Assembly: GCA_951406725.2 (NCBI GenBank)
Contig: OX597820.1
Span: forward strand, 88,970,001 to 89,034,000
Length of the DNA stretch: 64,000 nt
Source of the DNA: Octopus vulgaris
Lineage: Eukaryota
Direction of reading: 5' to 3'
Position numbers and translations under genes: made by a program. Positions within the stretch are counted from its first letter, which is position 1, and every line of letters starts with the position of its first letter. This document shows, in pieces, positions 52,131 through 62,090 of the stretch. Under the pieces are notes generated by a model, which saw nothing but the letters and a program-made list of their open reading frames with translations, searched no databases and was not told where the DNA came from.

Positions 52131-53578
52131 ACCGACTCCTACAGTCCATCTTTTCACCCCACTCTTTTTCCCTCCTCTTCTTACTTCTCCCCTCCCCCTT
52201 CCCTCTCCTCTCCTTCCTTCTTCCCCCTCCCTTCCCTCTCTCCTCTCCTTCCTTCTTCCCTCCTCCCTTCCCTCTCTCCTCTCCTTCCTTCCTTCTTTCC
52301 TCCTCACCCCCTCATCTCATCTCTCCTCCCCTCTCCCCCTCATCTCTCTTCCCACAGGGGGCTAAACATAGAGGGGACAAACAAAGACAGAGAAAGGGAT
52401 TAAGTCAATATATATCATCATCATTTACGACAAGCTTATTTCAGTTTCCATCTACCAAATCCACTCACAAAGTTTTGGTCGGCCTGAGGCTAGAGTAGAA
52501 GACATTTGCCTAAAATGCCACATAGCAGGACTGAACCTATGACCATGTGGTTGGGAAGTAAGCTTCTTACCACACAGTCATGCCTACATACATACACACA
52601 TGTTCACATTCCATGACTGCATGGTCTGACAGGTTGAGGCTGATTTTCTACAGCTAGAAGCCTTTAATGTTGTCAACCCCCACCTGTTTCTGAGCAAAGA
52701 AATATTTCCCCATGGCCAGACATGTTTACACAGAATATTAGAAATGAAGGACATTGCACGTATGATGGTATCATTATCATTATCATCGTTTAGCGTCCGC
52801 TCTCCATGCTAGCATGGGTTGGACGGTTCAACTGGGGTCTGGGAAGCCAGAAGGCTGCACCAGGCCCAGTCTGATCTGGCAATGTTTTTACGGCTGGATG
52901 CCCTTCCTAACGCCAACCACTCGGTGAGTGTCGTGGGTGCTTTTTACGTGCCACCGGCACTTGTTTATAATTACCATGTGATATCAAGGTAAAGAGATAC
53001 ACACATTTATACATATATGATAGGCTACTTTCAGTTTCTCCGCTACCAAATCCACTCACAAGGCTTTGGTTAGCCTGAGAATATATAGTAGAAGACACTT
53101 GCCCAAGGTGCCATGCAGTGGGACTGAACCCAGAACCATGTGGGTGGAAATGAAACTTCTTAACCACACAACCATGTCTGTACTTTTGCAAAGAGTGGCT
53201 TCTGAACCATTTTGTCTCAGCAACTACTGTATATTATTGCTCAGCTTAGAAAATTCTCTTCAAGATTTGCCTTGTGTCTGACAATGCTTATACATCCATG
53301 CACTTTTGATAAGTTTCAACTCCAGTATAAAGGATATCATTTATTCCATCCCTCCACCAACACCAAATTGTGACTTCAGCCAGATCAAGAAGTCATAGTC
53401 GCCTCTAAAATTTATTTATGCCAGGTCTTCTCACAAACATGGGTACTAATACAAAAAATTGTCTTAATTTGTAATAGCAGCAAAAAAAAAAAATAAATAA
53501 TGTTTTAAACGAAGATTCTAGAGATGTAATGAAAAACGAAAAACTAAAACATGAAAAGCAATGGAACATATTGTTCCC

Positions 53579-53899
53579 CTGTTCTATATTTAAGTGATGA
53601 GAAATTATGTACATTATTTACAATTGACGGATATTTGTCCTCATCTTGTTTGTTGTTAATGGGCATATGGCGTAGTGGTTACAAGCACGAGCTACTAACC
53701 CCAAGATTCTGAGTTCAATTTCAGGCAGTGACCTGAATAATAATAATAGTAATAATAATAACATTGAAAAATACCTTAGGAATGAGAACTCATGTTCGAT
53801 ATTTTACTAAGACACCTGATGAAGGCTGGAGAGTATATCAGCCGAAATGTGTTAAACAAGATGAAGACAAATATCCATCAATTGTAAATAATGTAAATA
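53579..53899 (+). mobile_element. tRNA-headed, hammerhead-containing SINE-like element with inverted tail and 11-bp TSD
   Basis: Inverted arms 53604-53651 / 53854-53901. tRNA-like head 53661-53733 (A-box tggcgtagtgg, B-box-like gagttcaatttc), then (AAT)n and hammerhead. atattgttccc repeated at 53568-53578 and 53900-53910. Confidence 0.7.
53811..53853 (+). ncRNA. Hammerhead motif (stem III apparently deleted) in a tRNA-headed element
   Basis: gacac-CTGATGA-a-ggctg(gagagtatat)cagcc-GAAA-t-gtgtt. Confidence 0.55.
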
Positions 53900-54581
53900 A
53901 TATTGTTCCCTATTCATACAGGCTTGTTGGAAATGTAAAGGGAGAATGAATATGATTACTAACAACAGCGACAACTCCAATTATGTTTCAGTCTTATTGA
54001 ACCTCTTCAATAAATGAAACAGTCTACCTACAACCGTAGATATCAAACTGACTTGAGATATATAAAGGACCTTTACAAATGAACACAATGTGGACTTATC
54101 AGGAGAAGAATACATAGGGATGCCTATGCAATAAAATTTAGAGTTAATGAGGCCGTTTGTATACTTGATATAATAAGCGGAGTTATTTTAGTAAATTATA
54201 GAATGCAGTATTGAGTGAATCAATTGTTTCATTACTACACCCTTAGGTTGTTCAATACCTTTGTGTCAGTGGAATTTGGTACACAGAAACTGTGCACACA
54301 AGCACTTACACTATATATATATATATATATATACTCTAGGTATGGTAGTTGAGTTCAGTAAAAAATTTAGATTCAGATGAATATGGTACTTAAGTTGATG
54401 CACCAGAATTTAGTATGGTATTATCCATACAATTTAAAATAAGGTGATTAAAATCAAAATAAGCATTACCTCCTGGATATCTTTGCTGCTTATTTTGATT
54501 ATATATATATATATATATATATTTTATATGCCGCTAAACATTTCGCCCCAGCGAAAGTGATTATTGACATGGCCTTATTTA

Positions 54582-54582
<1 letters not shown>

Positions 54583-54643
<61 letters not shown>
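54583..54643. repeat. (TA)n microsatellite (one of dozens of TA/TG/CT/CAT/AAT tracts)
   Basis: Direct inspection. Confidence 0.95.
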
Positions 54644-54651
<8 letters not shown>

Positions 54652-54652
<1 letters not shown>

Positions 54653-54882
54653 TTCTTTACTGCCCACAAGGGGCTAAACACAGAGGGGACAAACAAGGAC
54701 AGACAAAGCGATTAAGTCGATTACATCGACCCCAGTGCGTAAATGGTACTTAATTTATCGACCCCCGAAAGAATGAAAGGCAAAGTCGACCTCGGCGGAA
54801 TTTGAACTCAGAACGTAACGGCAGACGAAATACGGCTTCGCATTTCGCCCGGCGTGCTACCGTTTCTGCCAGCTCTCCGCCT
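54652..54882 (-). mobile_element. tRNA-derived SINE family B, young copy
   Basis: Minus strand ggcggagagctggcagaaacgg...gttctgagttcaaattccgccgaggtcgactttgcctttcat...ggggtcgat...ccccttgtgggcagtaaagaaa. Copies at about 8574-8804, 25958-26160, 49170-49325 and 49755-49965. Confidence 0.85.
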
Positions 54883-55013
54883 CCTTCAAACTCCATTCTT
54901 CATCAAGTGCCACATATTAGAGGAGGCTCCTAGTAATAAGTGTAGCGCGAAACGGCGGTGCATCAGCATTGCCGCAGCTCTGAGCTGAAACTTTATATAT
55001 ACAGTATATATAC

Positions 55014-55072
<59 letters not shown>

Positions 55073-55139
55073 TACACACAAAGTAGCTTATAAGCACAGC
55101 TAATGCAAAAGAACATGTGAAAATAAAGTCAAACTACAA

Positions 55140-55301
55140 GTGGTCGATAACGACCCCTGAGGGTCGATAAATGCCTGAAACTGCTCATCTACTTTATTAT
55201 CACGATTATTTATTTATTTTCTTGTACATGCTTGGGGGTTGATGAGGGGGTCAAGGATTCCATGAAGGGGTCGGTGGTCTAAAAAGGTTTGGGGACCCCT
55301 G
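55140..55301. mobile_element. hAT-like MITE fragment
   Basis: Ends in aaaaaggtttggggacccctg, a typical hAT/Charlie-like terminus; left end not identified. Confidence 0.45.
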
Positions 55302-56648
55302 TATCAGAATAAAGCAGCTTCAGTTTACTTTCAGTTATCTTTTGGAAATCTTTCGGCTTTAGCAGCAGAAGTGTCAGATTGCCTATCTTTTTGTATTAGG
55401 TGTGCATGTGTTATTGCTCTGTATGTGATTCTTTTCACTTCTATTGAGCACTCTTGCTAATCCATCGCTATGGAATACCAACCCATATAGATGATACTCT
55501 CTCTTTTTCATGTTTGTGTGTCTATGTTTGTTTACACCGGTCTCCGTCTCGAACCGGTGTTGCTGCTTATGTTGTGTTCCTTTATGCCCCGTAACTTAGC
55601 GGTTCGAGAAATAAAAACTGATAACAACCAGAAGAAATAAGTACCTATTTCGATATGATTGACTAAACCTTTGAAAATCCGTAAAAGAATAAGACAAAGA
55701 AATAAGAGTATAGATTGGTCAATATAAAGATCCTGTATATTCTAGACTTGGAATGAAAGAGCGGGGCATAGTAGACGGAATAAGGAGAGCGAATTCCATT
55801 CAGATTTATACAGCATCGTTAGAAATAATCACAAGATTTCGAAGAATCTGATAGTTTAATGTCGGTATGAGTCATCCTACTTAATAAGAAGCACTGTATG
55901 CAGTGTCGGGTGTTTTGCCTCAAGTCAATAGTGATAGAGCAAACCCATGATTAAAGGCGTTACAACGGTGACCATCACATTGTTTTGTTTTGTTTTTTTC
56001 CTCTTTTTTTTTTTAATATCATGGCCTATATTACTCAATTAATTCACGACCGAAGAGAGATACCCTCGCTGTTTCGTTACGGTTGACTAAAAAATATCTG
56101 CACACTTTTTAAGACCATTTCAGACTAATTGCCTGTGTCCGAACTTTTTTTTTTTTTTTTTAAGATGGTAAGTGATTTGAAGATTTGACTGCTATCTGTA
56201 ACAAGGTGAACGATCGACCATGTAGAGTCCTCCTTGGTGCGTTATCGCTTAATTCCATTCAGATTAGCCGTGAGTGAACAGAGAGCTATCATCTATAGTG
56301 AAAGAGATTTATTTCAGCCTTGAAAATAGTCTTTTCTAGGGGTAGCTAGAGCCTGCACTGTCTAACTACGCCGCAATAACAATTAATGACATCAGGTCCG
56401 ATACACATACACAGAAACAAATTTCAGCATCGACAGTCAAAACATAATTCTTGCAAAACACATATTTTGCAACAAACAGTTTATAAATAAACACACACAT
56501 TATATATATATATATATATTATATATACATACACACATACATTATATTATATTACATTACATTATATTATATTATATGATATGGACAATAAGTATGAGTA
56601 ATGTGTAAGAAGAAAATGAAATTAGAAATTAGAAATACTTGAACTGAC

Positions 56649-56742
56649 CTCCAAAGTTTTGTAAAAGTTTCTTGGTGCCAACACTCAAGCCATAACACGG
56701 AGACAGAGTAAGTAAAGCCAAGAAGATGAGGTGAGATGCCAT
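56649..56742 (-). CDS. Exon 1 of uncharacterised single-pass type-I membrane protein (signal peptide)
   Basis: Minus strand reads gccATGG (good Kozak) then MASHLIFLALLTLSPCYG-LSVGTKKLLQNFG, a hydrophobic signal peptide with a small-residue cleavage site. Ends GGAG|gtcagt, phase 1, matching exon 2. Not in the supplied ORF track frame. Confidence 0.8.
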
Positions 56743-56975
56743 GGCAAAATAATGAAGCTGTCGGATATATTAACAGCGACACGTCTCTAAAACAGAGCAA
56801 ACTGTTTTATAATATTTACACGCTGGTTTTTTCTCTACATTAACTACAATATCAACATTAATGTCGATATATACACTGTAGCCTAACAGGCTAATTACAC
56901 TTGGCTTCCAACACTTGCACAAGATTCAGAATCATCCATACTATTGTTATATTGATTTAATTAAGAGACGGTATT

Positions 56976-57021
56976 GACCAATCAGAAAGCAGCTTTCATC
57001 TGAATTCGTCTTCCACTTCCT
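56976..57021. promoter_or_regulatory. Putative core promoter: CCAAT box plus ETS-like site
   Basis: gaCCAATcag at 56976-56985 (NF-Y consensus) and cacttcct at 57014-57021, about 240-280 nt upstream of the ATG, in a locally CpG-richer, repeat-poor stretch. Confidence 0.5.
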
Positions 57022-57719
57022 TTGTAGTGTAATTTATGAAGTGCGTGGGTTCGAATTTTGTGTGATCTCTGATATCCCTTTTAATTGCTCTTCGTCGAAA
57101 AATACGTCTTTATCTTAATCCACAGGAAATTAATTTTATTATATATATGTATGTAAGATAAAATAATACTGTTATGACTGAACTGTGAGAATTAATAATA
57201 AAATCGTGTTTTTTCCATGTACGTTACACACCTGTAAGAACCAGGAGCCTAATCTACACACTTTTACAGGCACAAAATCATTTTCTCTGTGTGTGTATTT
57301 ATACACACTCTCTCACACGCACACACACAAATATATATATATTAAAATTAAAATGAGGGTGAAAAATTGGATATTAATTTGATAACATCAATTTCTGATG
57401 TTTGCTAAATTTTCTAGAGAACAATTCTTAGTGGTAAGACCATAGCAGATCTTCTAGTGTAAGGGTTTCCGCATAGTGGTAATTCACTCTTATATGTATA
57501 TATATATATATTGTTTATAGAAATACATACATCTGGAGGAGGAGAAGCATACTCTAAGATGTAGAGCAGTTAATATTATAATGGAAGAGGCTGGTTTAGG
57601 GCATTACCCTGCATTTCTCACTCATAAGGGGTTTAGCCTTACAGCATATCTTCAAACCCCAAACACTACTGGCCTAAAACCTCTTCAAAATATCTCAGAA
57701 GTCTTAGGCTACCAGTGTT

Positions 57720-57780
57720 GGGGTCTGAAGATATGCCATAGGGCTAAACTCCTTATGAGCGAGAAAGCCAGAGTAACCCC
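57720..57780 (+). ncRNA. Type-I hammerhead motif (decayed stem III), with an opposite-strand copy at 57599-57660
   Basis: ggggt-CTGAAGA-..cataggg/ccttatg..-GAAA-gccagag-TA-acccc. Confidence 0.55.
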
Positions 57781-58514
57781 ATAAACAACCGGCCTCCCAC
57801 ATTATAATATATATATATATATCATCATCATCATCATCATCATCGTTTAGCGTCCGTTTTCCATGCTAGCATGGGTTGGACGGTTCTACTGGGGTCTGTG
57901 AAGCCAGAAGGCTTCATCAAGCCCAGTCAAATCTGGCAGTGTTTCTACGGCTGGATGCCCTTCCTAACGCCAACCACTCCGTCAGTGTAGTGGGTGCTTT
58001 TTACGTGCCACCCGCACAGGTGCCAGACAGAGCTGGCAAACGGCCACGAACTGATGGTGCTTTTTATGTGCCACCAGCACGAGGGCCAGGCGAGGCTGGC
58101 AACGGACACAAACGGATGGTGCTTTTTACGTGCCACCGGCACAAGGCCAGTCGGGGCAGCGCTGGCAACGGTCGCGAAACGGAAGGTTCTCTTACATGCC
58201 ACCGGCACTGGTAACACATCTGCAATTTCCATTGATCGATTTCGATTCTGATATATATATATTCTTTTATTTGTTTCAATCAATTTGACTGTGGCCATGC
58301 TGGAGCAACGCCTTGAGAGATTTTAGTTGACTAAATTGACTCCAGGACTTATTTTTTAATACTAATACTTATTCTCTTGGTCTCTTTTACCAACCTGCTA
58401 GGTTACAAGGAAGTAAAAGCATCAACACCAGTTGTGTTGTCAAGTAGTGATGGGGAAGACCAAATACAGACACATAGTCACACACACATATATACATACA
58501 TACACATATATATC

Positions 58515-58564
<50 letters not shown>

Positions 58565-58630
58565 AGTGAATGGAAGAAATGGAGTTGAACGAAGATTGTA
58601 CAGAATTCCTTTTATTACATTCTACACATG

Positions 58631-58663
<33 letters not shown>

Positions 58664-59075
58664 AATTGAGATAGGGGTTGTAAATGCAACCCTCCATGGG
58701 ATAACATATATCCAATATACTGCTAGTGAAGTACCCAACAAAGTTAATACATAAATGTCAATGATTGCGATGCAATCAATTCATTTACTGTATTATATGA
58801 GCAAAGGTAAAATGATTTACCACAAATTACTAATACAAGATAAGAAAATGGAGAAATACATCTAAATCAAATATCAATTACCAGATAATACTCAATCACA
58901 TACTTTATTAAACCACCACATAAGAGACTATAGGGTTAGATATAAAAAGCAGAACAAATCAGTGTACATAAAGGAATGTACATAAAAAAGTGTACATAAA
59001 AAAGTCATGTTGTATAATAAGTAGAATATATATAAAAGAGAATATAAATATAAGTAAATATAAATATAAGTATAG

Positions 59076-59211
59076 ATTACATCTTACAGCTGTTTCGGCC
59101 ATGTAGATAAGTATGTCTCATTTTACCAATATTAGCCCTTTATGGTAGGTCAATATATAGAAATGAGACATTTACAAAAATATCATAAGGCCTCTTCGGA
59201 GATTATGTAAT
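59076..59211 (-). ncRNA. Type-I hammerhead ribozyme motif, CCGAAGA core with extended stem II
   Basis: Minus strand: attaca(taa)tct-CCGAAGA-ggcc...atgtctcattt/aaatgagacat...ggcc-GAA-ACAGCTGT (palindrome)-A-agatgtaat; GUA triplet. Confidence 0.7.
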
Positions 59212-59589
59212 ATAAATCAGTCTACATATATACCCACATGGGTGTGGGTGCATACCCATAATACAACATATACATATACATATGAGTGCATATATTCACA
59301 CTCTTATACATAATGATATAAGTAAATAATATAAATTAGTAAACATATATATGTGTTCCACATCCAATGTCTCAGTTTTTCGACTTAATATTGTGATAAT
59401 AAACATACACAAATTAGTACCTAGATGCAAATATACATAGTCAATAGTACATTATATTGCTTCATACTAATTTCTAAAGTGTCATTAAAGTTAGCATCAT
59501 TATCGTTGTCAATACCATTAATGTTATCATTATTATCATTCATAATATTATTAATAACGCTTACATTAGGATCCAGAGCGGTATATATG

Positions 59590-59730
59590 TATGTCCGGGT
59601 TCCAGTTAGTAATTTTCCTTATGACATAAATACACTATTGGATTTGAATTTAAAATTATATATGTCCGGGTTCCAGTTAGTAATTTTCCTTATGACATAA
59701 ATACACTATTGGATTTGAATTTAAAATTAT
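59590..59730. repeat. Perfect 70-bp tandem duplication
   Basis: tatgtccgggttccag...ttaaaattat at 59590-59659 and 59661-59730. Confidence 0.95.
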
Positions 59731-60448
59731 CATTATCTTCCGCACGGTTGGTCAATTGAGAGCCGCCCGACCTCCACCACACCGCACAAGCAAAACATAC
59801 ACATCCACATCTAACCCTAAACCCACACATCCACATGGAAACTCACACACACATGAATACACCCCTACACCTCTCTACACATTCACTAAATTGCAAAGTG
59901 CATGTCTGTCATCACATGGCTTATAGACAAATCAGTACAGGCAGCAGTGTCTAACACTAACACACATACTCACATGTACATCCGCATATACGCATAAATA
60001 TTAATACACTTTCCTATACTGTGTCAGGGAACTTTCGCACACACATATATATATATTTAAATATATATCTGCGCACTCATACGTACAAATAAAACCTATA
60101 TTTATATCCACCCATGAATAAATATTCGCATATACATTTATACACATCCAAGTACACACCTGCGTGCTCATATGTGTGATAAAAACGCACATCCGTACAT
60201 CCACCCACTATCATATCTATATGAACAAAAACATATATACGTACACATACACATTTTCACATACCTACAGAAATTGTATATACATATATATATATATATA
60301 TATACATATAATATTTTTGATAAGGTTCGTTTTTTCAAGAACCGAAACATGTAAAATTCATAAGAAAATTAAAATTTATCTAATATAGTGGCGTTTTCAA
60401 ACTTCTTTTTTACAAATATATACCCACTCATATACGATCTACTCTTAT

Positions 60449-60487
<39 letters not shown>

Positions 60488-60618
60488 GATGGGTTTCTTT
60501 CAATTTCCGTCTACCAAATCCCCTTAGAAGGGTTTGGTCAGCCCAAGGCTGTTGTAGAAGACACCTGCCTAAGGTGTTACACGGTGGGGCTGAACTCTCT
60601 CTCTCTCTCACACACACA

Positions 60619-60670
<52 letters not shown>

Positions 60671-60674
<4 letters not shown>

Positions 60675-62059
60675 TTGGCCTTTGTTGACTAGAAGAAGGC
60701 CTTCAACAGGGTCCCCTGATCCCTTATCTGGTGGTCAATGCAGAAACTAAGGATAGACGAGTGGTTGGTGGGAACTGTACAAGCTATGTACAGGGATGCT
60801 ACCAGTTAGGTGAGGGTTGGCAATGAGTACAGCAAAGAATTCAGGGTACAAGTAGGTATTCACCAAGGTTCGGTGCTCATCCGCCTCTTGTTCATCATAG
60901 TCCTCCAGGCACTAACAGAGGGATTCCTGAGAGCTCCTCTATGCTGATGACCTTGTGCTTATAGCTGAATCACTACCTGAACTAGATAAGTTCCAGGTAT
61001 GGAAGGAAGGTCTAGAATCGAAGGGCCTTAGGGTTAACCTAGCAAAAACCAAAGCCTTAGTAAGTAGAAGGCAGACAAATCCCTTCAGGTAGATGGCTCT
61101 GCTTAATCTGTAGTAAGGGTGTATGTAGTAACTCCATAATATGCACCTAGTGTAAGCTTTGAACACATAAAAGGTGCAGCAATATCAGAGGAAGGTTAAC
61201 AGGGAAAATAACTTTTGTATGTGGAAGGTGCACCGGTACAATAAATGCTGAAAATGTGCAGAAAATAGACTCCATCAACTGCCAGGGGAGCAAGCTAGAT
61301 GTAGTAGATAGCTTCAGTTATCTAGGTGACCAAGTTAGTAGTGGAGGGGGATGCTCCGAGAGCATAGCTATGAGAATAAGATTAGGTGGGCAAACTGCAG
61401 AGAGCTCCTACCTCTGCTGGCAACAAAAGGCCTCTCTCTCAGAGTGAAAGGCAGAGTATACGATGCCTGTGAGCAAACAGCCATGCTACATGGCAATGAA
61501 ACATCGGCTTTGACAGCCAAGGACATGCATAGGCTTGAAATAAAAGAATCTAGTATGCTTTGCTGGATGTGCAATATCAGTGTTCATGTTCGACAAAGTG
61601 TAAGCATAAGAAGCATTAGATGTGGTGTACAAGAGAGATGACTGCACTGGTATGGTCATTTATTGTGTATGGACGAGGACAGCTGTGTAAAGAAGTGCCA
61701 ATCTCTAACTGTGAAGGGAACCTGTGGTAGAGGTAGACTCAGGAAGACATGGGACGAAGTGGTGAAGCAGGATCTTCGAAATTTGAGCCTCACAGAGGCA
61801 ATGACAAGTGACCAAAACCATTGGTAATATTCTTTGCTTGAGAAGACCCGTCAAGCCAAGTGAAATCATAGTCATGGCTGATTCTGGTGGCATGTAAAAG
61901 AATCCATTACACTCTTTGAGTGGTTGGCATTAGGAAGGGAATCCAACCATAGAAAACTATGCCAAATCAGACTGGAGTTTGGCGCGGCTTACCAGCCCTG
62001 GTCAAACCATCCAACCCATGCTGGTATGGACAATGGACATTAAATGATGGTGATAATGA

Positions 62060-62061
<2 letters not shown>
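60671..62061 (+). mobile_element. 5'-truncated RTE-type LINE with Cys-rich finger, 3' UTR and (GAT)n tail
   Basis: AFVD*KKAFNRVP, VGIHQGSVL, ELLYADDLVL (YADD 60940-60951), GLRVNLAKTK, decayed Cys/His finger, FSYLGD. Stops and frameshifts present. Confidence 0.88.

Positions 62062-62090
<29 letters not shown>

Noticed and set aside
50408-52307. G/R/E-rich antisense ORFs
   Set aside because: Reverse-strand shadows of the C/T-rich Penelope-like element and its polypyrimidine tract.
53661-53733. tRNA gene
   Set aside because: Stems are mismatched, there is no oligo-T terminator, and it is embedded in a TSD-flanked element; treated as a SINE head.
56567-56800. 77-aa ORF from the track as exon 1
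   Set aside because: Wrong frame: the overlapping frame from ATG 56742 has a Kozak context, a signal peptide and a phase-matched donor.
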